Source of the DNA: Fimbriosthenelais zetlandica
Taxonomy: Eukaryota
Reading direction: 5' to 3'
NCBI GenBank assembly: GCA_977030845.1
Contig: OZ365118.1
Coordinates: 12,400,001-12,464,000 of the forward strand
DNA: 64,000 nucleotides
Shown here: piece by piece, positions 1 through 12,313 of the stretch
Layout: each line of letters starts with the position of its first letter
How positions within the stretch are numbered: position 1 is the first letter of the stretch
Notes under the pieces: model-generated
The model's input: the letters and a program-made list of their open reading frames with translations, nothing else
What the model was told of the DNA's origin: nothing
Database searches by the model: none
Position numbers and translations under genes: made by a program

Positions 1-1518
1 ATCGTCACTTCAGGAGTTTTAGATCGGGAGACTAGAGCTGGATATAGATTAGCATTGAGGTGTACCGATCGTGGATCCCCTCCCTTATCAACTACAGAGC
101 TTATTAAAGTGAGAGTTGTCGATGAAAACGACCACGTTCCTGTCTTCAGCAGGGAAAGCTACGATAAAACAATCGAGGAAAACGCTCCTAAGGACTTGTT
201 CCTCTTACGTTTGAACGCCACGGATCGGGACGCGGGAGCTAATGCCAGGATCGAGTACACTTTGGCAGACGAAGGTCTGAAAGATCTCTTCAGTCTGGAC
301 CGTGATACTGGTGTGCTGAAAACCAAGGTTACTTTTGATCACGAAAGGACACAGAAGATGAACATCCAGGTCATAGCGGCTGACCAGGGCACCCCACCGC
401 TCTCTGCCAGCACCATGGTCACCCTAACCATCAGGGACAAGAATGATGAGAAGCCTCAGTTCTCCCAGAATAAATATTCCTGTGGTGTGTTTGAGAACAA
501 GGCCGTTGGCACCGAGGTGGGTTATGTGGCGGCGACCGATGCCGATTTCGAGCCCTTTGATCGCATTACATACGCCTTTGACTCGAGGGACGCGGCAGCG
601 GGCTTATTTCATATAGATCCCAATACAGGACTAATAACAACGCGGCAGCAACTGGACCGTGAAAAACAGAGTGCGTATAACCTGAGAGTATTGGCCTATA
701 ACCCGGGCTACCCCGATATGACAAGCACTGCCCCTGTGACAGTTCATGTAGCTGATGTCAATGATAACGCCCCTATCATTGATCACCCCGAGAAAGGCAA
801 TGCTTCTGTATCAGTATCTAATAGGGTGCCTGTACGATATGTGGTCTATAGGGTCCGAGCCCATGACTTGGACATAGCCAGCAATGCTAAATTAAGTTAT
901 GCTATAATCGGTGGGAATACAGGTCAATTATTTGCTGTGGATAAGACCACGGGGGCTCTCAGGACGACTAAGGATATGTCCCATATCGAGAAGAGAACAG
1001 TGGTTATCCGGGTACAGGTGAGGGATGGAGGTGACCAACCCTTGACTACCTCATGTTTTCTCTATATTCACATTAACAGTTCCATTGTTTACAGGCATCC
1101 TAATGAACTAGTGGCCAACCCACCTCGCCCCGCTAATAACATGATTATAGTGATCATCCTAAGCTCAGCCTCTGGCATTGTTTTACTCATCCTAATCATA
1201 GTCCTCATTTGTATAAAATTACAAACAGTTCAGAGGCGACGGCATACTTACAAATGCCGACCGGAAGCCCAGAGAATGCTGAGGTCAATCGATGGCAAGG
1301 ATGAAGAGTCGCCTATGAGTAAGATTTACCTGCCTCCTGCCTCGGCCACCAATGTGAAATGTAAAGCTATAGGCCGCAGGGCGCAGGCAGAAGGGAGCTC
1401 TACCCAAAACGTGCACGGCTGTGTGCAGATGGAGGAGGGCCTACAGAGGATGGCTAGTGAGCATTACATGAGCAACATGAGATACTCCAGACCGCCATCC
1501 AGAAATGGACCCCCTGAG
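1..1518 (+). CDS. Pcdh: Protocadherin exon A (5'-truncated): end of one cadherin repeat plus three further repeats, TM helix, proximal cytoplasmic tail
   Basis: Frame is open from base 1 (IVTSGVLDRETRAGYRLALRCTDRG...). Cadherin Ca-binding motifs LDRE, DENDHVP, DRDAG, DKNDEKP, DADF, DVNDNAP. Hydrophobic TM MIIVIILSSASGIVLLILIIVLICI at about 1141-1215. All ectodomain and TM sequence lies in one uninterrupted exon, typical of protocadherins. Donor GAG|GTAGGT after 1518, phase 0. Symbol is family level only. Confidence 0.95.
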
Positions 1519-1569
1519 GTAGGTGGCCAGTCCAATCTGTTCAAGCAATACAGTGGAATCAAACACTGA
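1519..1569 (+). CDS. Pcdh: In-frame read-through extension of exon A (VGGQSNLFKQYSGIKH*), possible short-tail isoform
   Basis: Frame continues 16 codons past the donor to TGA at 1567-1569. AATAAA at 2228-2233 and 2589-2594. Use in vivo is not shown. Confidence 0.45.
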   Translation, partial: VGGQSNLFKQYSGIKH

Positions 1570-1625
1570 CAATAGCCACAGGGGCTGAGGCTAAAAGCTC
1601 TGTGGCGTTTCCTATTATTGAAAGG

Positions 1626-2226
1626 TCCCCTTCCTCCCCTTCCTCCTCCTCCTCCAGTTCAAACTTCCCTTCCTCCTTTCCACTCACTCACTGTCTGTCT
1701 GTCTCTCTCTCTATGTGTGTCTCTCTCTCTGTCTGTCTCTCTCTCTCTTAATTTGCCTTCCTTGCACTGATTCTTCCCTTTCCCCCTGGTCCCACTGAAA
1801 CTTTCCATCCCTTACTCCCCACTCCCTTCCTTTCCTTTCCCTTCGTCTTCCGTCCCTCCCACTAAAACTTACCTTCCCTGACTGCAATTGAAAATATCCT
1901 TCATTGCATTTCCATTTCCCATTATACTGTCTGTCTTTTCACTGAAATATCCCGTTATTCCCATTGAAACGTCCCTCCAACCTCCCTTCCGTCCACTCAC
2001 CTCCCTTCACCCTTCCATAGCGTCCCTTATACCCCACTATGCGAGACATTTCTTGCCCTCCCCCCAAACTCCCTTCCTTCCCCTGCCCCCACATGTACCT
2101 CTACACCCTTCCAAAAGGGCCCTTCCCTCCACCAAGATCTTCCTTCCTGCCCACTTCCAACCTCCCTTCCTTCCACCCGCCCCTTCTCCCTTTCCTCGCA
2201 TTGTAGTTCCCCACCCACCACACCTC
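1626..2226 (+). repeat. Polypyrimidine (CT/CCCTT) low-complexity tract
   Basis: About 600 bp almost free of purines, starting about 100 nt into intron 1. Confidence 0.85.
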
Positions 2227-3844
2227 AAATAAAATCCCCGAGTTTGAAATGTAACCCTTGTCAATATGACAGGGAGGAAGGCTCTCCCCCGACCATACAC
2301 CTTTGTCCACAACTGGTGGACAAGATGATCCAATTTTTACCCCAATGAGGGCATGCTGAAAAGAAATCCATTGTTTAAATCTCCCACTTTTTCTCCCCAT
2401 GTAAGCCGATTGAAATTTGCATTTGGAATTCATAAAAACAACCAGGGATTCAAATTTCAATATCATTGGGTTATATGAATTGAATATCAACCGATTTGTG
2501 ATGGATGGACTATAGAAATCCGAGAGATGTTATTATTATTATTTCAGAGCACCTTTTAAGCTAATTCTATTCTTAAATGAGAAAACGCAATAAAAGTCGT
2601 CCCATTGCATGCCAGTTACTTAACGGAGGGAAATAAGCGAGTCTAGGGTCGATAAATCATTGTACTGATAGAACGAACGTTCAGGGATCCATTCAAAAAT
2701 CTAAATTTATGTACCGCCATCAATTGTGCAAACATGCATACTTTTGAGAACGCAGTATACTTTTCCGAGTGGAAAATATAACGATAAAAGATAGGGCAGC
2801 ACTAATTTGGTTTTGGGAGGGACTATTTCCTTTATACTGTGTTAGGTAGGCTAAGCTACAGACCATACTTTCATAATGCAAACAAGAAAGCCTCCATTTT
2901 CTACCAATCCACTGGAGCCAACCGGAGCAGTGTGGTTAAAACCAATGCAGTTATTGCTGATGCTTCTCCCCTCCAGCCATAAAAAGGCCGGAGCAATCTC
3001 CTTAAGTCTGGATTTTAAGCCTGGACATGATCCTTTTCCATTTTCACCTCAATTTTGAGAGCATGTGTCAAGGAGAAGGGACGGGAAGGGTGTACTAGAG
3101 CGATTTTACCCTCCAGCAAGCAAGGGCCACGTGCAGGGACCCTTCAAAATCAAAGCACTTGTCTGTATGGGTTTTGGCTTAATAGTTCATACCAGCGAGT
3201 GGCTTCTATATATATACCATAATCCGAAAATAATGGAAAATGTTTAATCGGTGATTTTTACATTAATATCTAATAATAAACTGGTTAAAAGGTATCAATT
3301 TCAAACAAATCTGGTCGTGTAAGAAAATATCAGTTGCACCAGTGAAAATGGCTTGATTAAAATTGTTGAAAGTGTCCATGTAATTTTGGAGATAGTGTAT
3401 TTAGATGATGGGTCAGGATTGGGATGGGATATGTAAAGTTAGGACGTAATGTAGAATGGAATGGTAATTACAACATGGAATGGGTGGCAATCCATTGTTA
3501 GACTTCCACGGGGCAATATAGTGAGGGTGTAGAACATCTGAGGAATGGATTTATAATATGCTTCTGTGAATTAATGAACATTGGTGCATTATAAAGGCAG
3601 CATAATTTCCCTATAGGGTTGAAAGGTGATATGTAGTCATCCATCAGATATAGTACATGGTCGGTTATATAGAGATGATGCTGTCAGATCAGGCTGTCAG
3701 ATGCTGTCAGATCATGGAGTAATCAGTATGATAGTAGATGCACTTATTTGTCATATATTATATTATGCAGATCATTAATGCATTTATTTATTACTCCTGA
3801 ATTCAATTCATTCTCTCATAAATTGATTGGAGACTTATTCACTT

Positions 3845-4352
3845 ATTCACAGACTGACTCACTCACTAACTCACTTCTCCATCCACTCACCCACTTCCCC
3901 ATCCACTCACTCACTCATTCACTCACTTCCCCATCCACTCACCCACTTTCCCATCCACTCACCCACTTCCCCATCCACTCACCCACTTCTCCATCCACTC
4001 ACCCACTTCCCCATCCACTCACTCACTCATTCACTCACTTCATCCACTCACCCACTTCCCCATCCACTCACTCACCCTAACATAAGCAACATGCTAGTAT
4101 CAAGCAAACTAAACTGAATATATTCAAAAATTGGGTAATACCTTGAGCAATCCCAATAAAAGAAACCTAAAATCCTGTTGCCAGTACATATTTCTAAATA
4201 AATTCACTCATTCACTCACTTCATCCACTCACCCATTTCCCAATCCACTCACCCACTTCCCCATCCACTCACTCACTCATTCACTCACTTCATCCACTCA
4301 CCCATTTCCCCATCCACTCACCCACTTCCCCATCCACTCACTCACTCACTCA
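3845..4352 (+). repeat. 20-bp minisatellite (CACCCACTTCCCCATCCACT) mixed with (TCAC)n, in two blocks
   Basis: Visible arrays at about 3845-4074 and 4205-4352, separated by a unique 135-bp segment. Confidence 0.9.
4075..4210 (+). repeat. Unclassified dispersed repeat, copy 1
   Basis: CCCTAACATAAGCAACATGCTAG...TTTCTAAATAAATTCACTCA aligns end to end with the reverse complement of 31091-31226. Confidence 0.85.
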
Positions 4353-4780
4353 CCCCCTTACCACACCATTACCAGTCCATCCATGCATTTTATTTTCTCT
4401 TCTTTTATTATTTTCACCATTAGCAATAATCTAAAATTAGCGTCTGTCAAGGCGGCTTGGACGTATAGAATCTAGCCGTATCTGGAGGGCATGGGCAGGG
4501 CAATAAAAACGAGGATAAATCACCGGGGGACACGGCGTGCCATAAAGCAGCAATATGCAATTACAGCACCATATGTAAGACTACACAAGTAGTCATATAC
4601 CATATCCTATATACAATTAGCTTCCACTGCACATCCCCACCCTACCTCAATATCTACACTACCACCAGAAATCATTGCTACACCTTGTAGAACATTATAC
4701 TTTTAGGGCAGTGATTTTTGGGAAGTTAATACATAACAAACTGGTTTAAAGGTATCATCAATTTATAGACAGATCTAGAG

Positions 4781-4970
4781 CCCATTGTACAAATAGTACG
4801 GGAACTCGTTGGTAAACCCTCGTTGGGGAAAAATCATTGAAAAAAACAGAAAAATGTCATGAAAGGTCATTGGTCCTCCGCCTAAAGACAACAGAAGGGT
4901 TTTTGTACCATTTTCTCCCCGAATGTTTCCAAAGAGAGGTTAAACGAACGCCCGTACCATTTGTACAGGG
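4781..4970. mobile_element. MITE with CCC...GGG termini (superfamily uncertain, possibly CMC/EnSpm-like)
   Basis: Left end CCCATTGTACAAATAGTACGGG. Right end reverse complement CCCTGTACAAATGGTACGGG. No clean TSD. Confidence 0.6.
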
Positions 4971-6019
4971 AAAGTGATCCTGCCTCTTTCTGTTGAATCA
5001 TTTTAGTATCACAACACATAGTTTTGTGTGCAATGATTTAAAATGAATACTCAATAAATCGATGGAAAGATAAAAAGTGCATGTTTCGAAAGTGGAGAGT
5101 ATTAATTTTTGGTGAGATTGTAAATGGTAGAGGAATCATGGCCATGGTCTGGGCACGGGGCGTATAACAATCATTGGCAGTCCATAGTCATGCTCATCTA
5201 TGTGGGCACCGATCGAGTGAGTGTGCATTTCGTTAAAAAAATCATTATGATCCCCAATTACACGCAAGTCAAGATGGCCAAATGTGGATTCCATCATCAA
5301 GTACAGGATGGTACAAAAGTGTTATTTATTTATAAATCCCTTGTTCAAATATGAGTCAATGTTCTGAAAAGATTGCTACGGTTTATGTATTGCATGAATT
5401 CGATCACTTTCCATCAAGCAAATCCTGAGATGAAATCTTTGGGGAATTTATCTTGAAGTTTTCTTTAGTAATGTGGTATATTATAACAAGACTTCTTTCC
5501 AGATCTAAAGGGAATTCCATGAAAAATGACAATGAAAATCATTAAAACCTTTCTAAAACAAAAATTACGTTGGAGGACTAATTAGACTTTTGCACAGAGT
5601 TGTACAAGTCCAAAGTCGAAAGGCGAGAAAAAGCGAGCAATACACAAGCATGGATTGTCTTTGGGGAATGACAGTCGCATTTACCTCTCGGCCGACCATG
5701 CAAGCAAGCGCAAACCCATCCATACTGTCCCTGTTGCATATTTTACAAGCGGTGAAGAAGATTTAATATTCATACAATGACTAAGTGCCGTTGAGCCTTG
5801 GCAGTGCGATCGGATGCAAGCTAAGTGTGAAAAGGCCTGGATGTTCCACCGCTACATAATTGCCACTGCTTCTTAAATATTTAGCGCTTTTCAAAAGTCC
5901 TCACAGCAAATGGCCGATTGGGGAACGATTAGTATTGATTTGATTATGAAGCAAGTCCTCCCTAGTCCTTCCCTCAATGGGCAATTATGAGTGCATACTG
6001 TATGCTTGGGCAAGTGTTA

Positions 6020-6223
6020 AGCCGGGACTCCACTGCTGCGATTCTGCTTGCGACACGTCTGGTGATGCTTGTGTTTCAATGCTAAATTTACCATTGGAGG
6101 ACGGCCTTAAGGCCTTAGAAACTTGAACCACAATTTATAAATTTTATTCTTACACAACTTCACAAGCATCACCCTTTGTCGCAGTAGTGTCGCAAGCAAA
6201 ATCGCAGCAGTGGAGTCCCGGCT
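6020..6223. mobile_element. PIF/Harbinger-type MITE family A, copy 1 (204 bp)
   Basis: About 38-bp TIR AGCCGGGACTCCACTGCTGCGATTYTGCTTGCGACAC at both ends. TTA duplicated at 6017-6019 and 6224-6226, the 3-bp TWA target typical of PIF/Harbinger. Confidence 0.9.
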
Positions 6224-6331
6224 TTAGGGTCGGGGTCGGGGTGGGGGTGGGGGTGGGGGTGTATGGGGTACATTATTGTAGGTGTTATAAGATCACTGAG
6301 GCTTGCAATCAGCAGCCGTTAGTACAGAACC

Positions 6332-6593
6332 CTGGGGCTCGTTTCATAACAAGTACATGCGGTGCATTAGTCACTCTGTGGGTTCATGTAATGGATCTTT
6401 GTTCAGGAACATGTCTCCATAGCCTCAGAGGAAAGATGCGCTGTATTAGCATACGGATGGGGCTTTGATGAATATAGCGCGCCTCATTATGATACAGAGG
6501 CCCCAGGCTCAACATCATTAGGAGCATTTGGTTGTTATTAAAGAAATCCACCATTTTTATTCTCAAAGTGAAATTGTTATGATATAGCCCCTG
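6332..6593. mobile_element. MITE with CWGGGGC...TCATAACAA termini
   Basis: Left CTGGGGCTCGTTTCATAACAA, right reverse complement CAGGGGCTATATCATAACAA. A minimal 42-bp relative is at 10115-10156 and degraded ends cluster at about 39160-39560. Confidence 0.55.
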
Positions 6594-6906
6594 ATTGAAC
6601 AAGAATTGAACAATTGAACAAAGAAAGATTGGTTATTGGTTCTTAAAACATCTGACATGCAGATACCAACTACAGTTCATATTTGGTTATGAAAAATAAC
6701 CAAGTTTTTTTAATATGATATTCAAAAGGCAACTCGAGTGGTTCTTCTTCACGTGCCGATTAAAACAACAATTTTTAAAGTATGTGTAATGATCGAACAG
6801 ACTGAAAAGTATGTGGAATGAACCTACGATCATGTTCCTGTGTGCTCTGCGTTCTTCTTCATGGATCAGAACACTCTACGTTCTTATTTTGAGCATGTTC
6901 AAGCAG

Positions 6907-7092
6907 GTCGTAGGGAAATCGTGGGGGATCGTAGGGAAATCGTGGGAGATTGTAGGGAAATCGTGGGAGATTGTAGGGAAATCGCGGGAGATTGTAGGGA
7001 GATCGTAGGGAAATCGTGGGAGATTGTAGGGAAATCGTGGGAGATTGTAGGGAAATCGTGGGAGATCGTAGGGAAATAGTGGGATATCGTAG
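6907..7092 (+). repeat. 21-bp minisatellite (GGGAAATCGTGGGAGATTGTA), about 9 copies
   Basis: Visible array that produces the GKSWEIV repeat ORFs. A short copy of the motif is at 12601-12630. Confidence 0.9.
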
Positions 7093-8920
7093 CCCATCGG
7101 GTTCAGGCTATTATTGTGGGACAGTTCTATGACCGTTATTTTAGAATCGTATAGCCGTTATTGAAGGGCCAGTGGCTGGCCATTCTTATAAGCCCGTCGT
7201 ATAGGACTACGTTATTGTCGGGGTGGAGTTGGGACTGGCCTTGGAGGTAATGAGGTAGAATAAGCCGTGGGTTAGAACCATGCCGTTAACATGAGGATTG
7301 GACTAAATCTGCCCTTCATCAGGCCATGGGTGTCAATGGTACCTTGGATCAAAGCGGACTAGTGTAAATTTATGACTCACTCGTCTCACAACCAAGCATT
7401 ACTACCATCTGCTGGCTTTTTTCAGCCCAACACTTATTCTCACCTGTTCTTTTTGTTTTTCTCTATTCATTTTCTCCGGCAACCAAATTATGGTTTTTTT
7501 TATCTATGTTAAAGCTTGGTTTCCTACTGGCATATTGAAAATGGATCATGTACTTTGATTGTGTGTATGAAATTTATTGTAATGAACATTCCATTGGAAC
7601 GTCCCATATGAAGTGAAGTGTTCCATATGGTTTTCAATATGGGTAATATGGGTAAACTGGGACAATTTTTTTTATTTGAGGTACCTGCTAAAATATGTAA
7701 TTAGGAATGTTTAAATGAATGTTATTCCTTTGCAAGAAAATTTTAAATGACATGTAAAGTTTTAAATTAAAATGGGTCTCAATTGACAACTGCACGAATC
7801 ATGTATGGGCATTGGGAAAGTATTGCACTATTTATTATAGGTGGAAATGCATGGAAGAGTATGGCTCCCTGCCTTCAGTTTTGCAACATATATCCCTCTG
7901 CCATAATAACATTAATCAATTCACATCAGAAAAAGATCTACTGAAAGATGATCCAATATAGGCTAATTGTTTAATATTCCATTTAGTCAGTCCAATTAAT
8001 TCTCAATATGTATTTGGAACAAACATAATTAAATCCATTTGAAAAAAATCATAATATGCACTTTTGCCTGCCCAACAATACACATCAAAAGAACAGTATT
8101 GAACAAATGACATTAAATATCATCACATCAATTCTAATGCTAATACCTGCCATCCATTTTTATTTCATCACTCCATCTATCTGCTCCATCTCGTAGTCCA
8201 TTCAATTATCAATGTTTGGTGCTTCCCTGCAACTTTCAATTTCCAAGAGAGCGTTTGACCTTTGGTGGGAGGGGATTATCAAGAAATCAGTGGGGGCTCT
8301 TGTTAGGGAAACAATGCCACTGACTTATCGGGTTGTGTGACACAGTGAGTTGTAGTGGTAATCTCTACTGGTGGTGCGTCCACTGAAGCTCCGGCACGTG
8401 CGAGACTGTCATAATGGCGATGGTGGAAGGGGACAAAGACTGGGAGAGAAGAGAATTCTCACGCGCTCCCACAATGTTGTCATGACCAAGGTTCGAGTGG
8501 CACCCCGCCCACCAAAGTCAGGGCCACAGCAGATGCCACCAAGCACTGCCACGCCCCTGTTTTAGTACCGATGGTTCAGCCCACACGCACTTCTCGTAAT
8601 GATGAACTCTCTTCAACCTCTGTCGCACTCTCTCCCTGTCTATGTATCTCTCTCCCCCTCTCTCTCCTCTCTCTCCCTCTCATCTCTCTCCCAATAGCTC
8701 CCGTTCCCAATGCACTCTCATCTATCCATTCAGACAAATTATAAAATCAAATATAGACCGTATTGTAGAAGAAACCCCGTCAATGGCGAGTGTTGGCGAG
8801 GGTACCCTCGTCAAGCGATCGCATTGTTGTAGTGTTGTTTTCTTGAAAAAAGTGCTTTGACAATTGGTTGTTATTGCATTGTTCAAGCACTGTTTTCTCA
8901 AAAACATAGTTTATACAATA

Positions 8921-9480
8921 CCCTCTCTCTGCCAGTGGCCCACTCTCCTCCCCCCCTCTCCTCTCTCTCTCTCTCCTTCCCCCCCTCCACACCTCCCCCA
9001 ACCCTCTCACCCACTCCCTCTCATCCCTTTCTATATCTTCCCCATCTTTTTTCTCCCTCTCTTTCATCTTATCTCTCTTCCCGTTTTTTCTCCTCCTCTA
9101 TCTCTTTGACTGTATCTTTTAAACTCTTTCCGTCTCTTTCAATTAAAAATTTCTCACTCTGCCTCCATGCATCAACACTTTCCTTTTTCGTTCTAACTCT
9201 ATTTATTTCTTGTTTTCCCCCATTTTTTCTGTCTCTTTCATTCTATCTTTCAAGCATTCTGCCTCTTGCTTTGAATCTTCTTCCCAGTACCTAACTTCCT
9301 TTCTCTCTTTTCCTCCTTTGTTACATTGTTTCTTATGTTCTTTATTTCAGCTTTCTCTTTGTCTCTCAATTGTCATCTTCTCTTTCTCTCCCGTCTCCTC
9401 TAATCTCTTCCTTTCACTCTCCCCTGCACCCCCCCCCCCCCCTTGCACCCTTCCCCTCTGTCTCATTTCTCACATACTCC
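8921..9480 (+). repeat. CT-rich tract
   Basis: Long pyrimidine-rich low-complexity sequence. Confidence 0.8.
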
Positions 9481-11320
9481 TTTCTATGCAGAGCTTGCAG
9501 GTCTTCATCATCGTCATTCGGGGGGCATCCATGCAAAATAGATCCCATTGGCATCAAGCCCCAAGATTGGAATCAATTCCCCCCACGACGACGATGCTCC
9601 CGACTTTGGCAGGCCGGAAAAAGGTCATGATTTAGCGACTCACAAAACGTGATATTCCAGTGACATTGTAATGGAATGAATGCCCTTCCTTGTCCGCTTT
9701 TTCCACCCTGTCAACCTAATTATTGCAGGATGGAAATATTGCATTTGTTTAAAAGTCAAGAAAATGGTTAAATATTAAAATAACGCAAACAATTCCACTG
9801 TCAGAGAGATGGTGATGTCCCCAGGCGATACCAACTCATCTAGGCACACCGTTGGTTAAAGAATCCTCACCCTAATCCCAGAGGTGGATTCCTTATTTCA
9901 CAACAAACAAACAATCGGGAGTCAACAAATTTGAGTTGGTCCCCCATTGGGGTTCTTATCTATTACACCCAGAATACATGATGTGTTTGTATTCCGGTGA
10001 TGGCACAGCATGCAGTGGGCCTATGCATAAACTATGCATGCATGAGTGCGCATTTCAATATTATAAGTACATACTGAAAATATGAAGAAGCCAGTTCCAT
10101 GTAAGGGAGAGTGTAGGGCTCATTTCAAAATTGTAACATTATGAAATGGGCTCCTGTGGAAGCACTTGCATCAAAAATGTCAATGCTTCTACTATATATA
10201 GGGATGGCTGCCATTTTCTCAGAAAAAGGTGCCCAAGGCTGCTGCGAAAAGATATAAATATTTTTTGAACGGTTTCATCGTCTTTGACAGCCTTTCAACC
10301 TTTCAACTAAAGTAAAAAGTTCCAACACCATGGTGCTTTTCTTACTAGCGCAGGAAGCATTTCATAATATATTCCACTAAATCATATAATATATCCACTA
10401 AGTCTAAATAATGGCATTCATAGAAGCTTTCCGCAGTTATAAATTTGAATTTCCAAATACCAACCGATGCTCACAGCAAGAGCAACCCGATCAAAACCAC
10501 AAAAAAAACTTTTCCGACGCACATATCATAAAAATATGCACACTAGCAATGCATATATACAATATGATAGAAACTTACGAGAGCGCATTATGAAATTCAA
10601 GAATCAGAAAAGGGATTTTTAACCAGTAAAGATGAATTTGAAGGTTGAGGTGTTTGGGGTGAGGAGAGTCGGGTGATAACGAGCCGGTCAGAGCCAGGTT
10701 TCCCATTAACCTTGACACAATGCCTCTGGGACACTTAGCGCAGGGACGTGATGTTGCTAGGGAGAATCCCTGATTGGAGGACCTTGGCTTAACACTTTCT
10801 CCCTCCCCTTTCTCCCTCCCTCCCTTCCCTCCTACCACGTTTCTCTCGAGAGTTGGCAAAGGAGATCCTTATCAATCTAGGAGGATTTATTTGGATTCCT
10901 CCGAGAAAAAAAACTCAAGAAAATTAAGCCAATTTTCGGTATATATATAGGCTTATATACGTGCTCCTTAGATTGGTAAAAGTAGAGGTTAGTAGGATAT
11001 TGGAGTCCCATAGCTTGTTTCCTACTTGCTATTATTGATACATCGATATATATAAGACAATCAACTGGTTTTGTCATATATGAACTCTGATATTTTAATA
11101 TAGCAATAAGGATATTCACAATTAGATGGGGACGAGGGGGTATAAAATACTTATTGGTAATTATGAGTACTGGTTGTTATTAAAGGAGGAACTGGCAATG
11201 AAAAAGTGGAGTATGAGGTATTGGATTTCAGCTGACTTGGGATGGTTTTTGTCACACAGTGCCCTATGCTTCTATAACAATGTCAGACAGCCATGATGCA
11301 TGACAGTGTGGGGGTTTTTC

Positions 11321-11855
11321 CCCAATCCCCATGTCTCTCCCTCTCTCTCCCCGTCAATCTCCCGTCTTTAACTGCATTCTCTCATATCTCTCTCTCTCTC
11401 TCTGTTTGTCCGTTTCTCTTCCTCGGGGTCGGTCTCCTTCGACTCTCCCTCCCTCACTCTCCTATCGTCTCCTAGCTTATCTCTGTCTCTCTCTCTGAGT
11501 CCCTCTCTCTCGGTGTGTCACTGACTCCTCTCTCTCTCTTCTCTTTTTTCTCTCTCTTTTGTTTCCCTCCCCCTCTCTTTTCTCTTTCTCCTCTCCTCTA
11601 TCTTCACTCTCCTCTCTCTCTACCTCTGACCTCTTCAATAACTCCTCTCTTCTCTCTATCGTCTCTCATTCTTCTTTCTCTCTCTCCTTTGTCGAGACAT
11701 CGTACTCCTGTCCTTCCTCCTATCCTTCTCTCTTTTCCTTTTCCTCCTCTCCTATTATCCCGTTCACTCTTCTTTCCGTCTCTCTCTCTCTCTCTCTCTC
11801 TAGTTCCCTCTCTCTCTCTCTCTAGATTCCTCTCTCTCTCTCTCTGTCTCTCTAT
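11321..11855 (+). repeat. (CT)n-rich tract
   Basis: Degenerate CT microsatellite. Confidence 0.85.
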
Positions 11856-12313
11856 GGACAAAATGTCCAATCGGGGGATAGGAGACATTCTTCACTGTGG
11901 TTATTAAATTGCTAATCCGGCTCTGGAGGGAGGTAGGCATGCTTTAGCCCTTTTATTGATCACTCCTGGGCCCCTGACTTGTTTAACTTTATCTGCCGAG
12001 AAAACAAAATCATCCCGCGCTACCATATCCCAGCAGAACTTAGAACTAACCAGATTCCAGAGACTGAGTGATGGGCCTGCCGCAGCATTGTGGTTAGCTC
12101 TGTGTTTTAGTCATATTTCTACCAGACTCTCTATAATAATGGTTCATATCCCAGGATATAGCTGAGGATCTATACCCTATCCCTCTGGAGGGACTTCTAT
12201 AGGAGCTATCCTCCCAACTGGGGTGGAGGCAGTGCTTATATAGGAGCTCCATATTATACTCTGCTGCTATTAAACTGTTTCGTCAAAGGCCATGCAGCAA
12301 TCTCTCACTGCAT

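Noticed and set aside
1519-1528. Alternative donor AG|GTGGCC at 1523 giving phase 1 directly to exon D
   Set aside because: Much weaker than GTAGGT, and exons B and C already reconcile the phases.
1567-1606. Stop-codon read-through or SECIS signal (TGA-CAA plus hairpin 1575-1606)
   Set aside because: A second stop, TAG, follows two codons later, and the hairpin lacks the SECIS AUGA/GA core.
6811-7097. Repeat array and periodic ORFs resembling CRISPR or a repeat protein
   Set aside because: Head-to-tail 21-mers without unique spacers in a eukaryotic intron. ORFs are open in several frames only because of the repeat.
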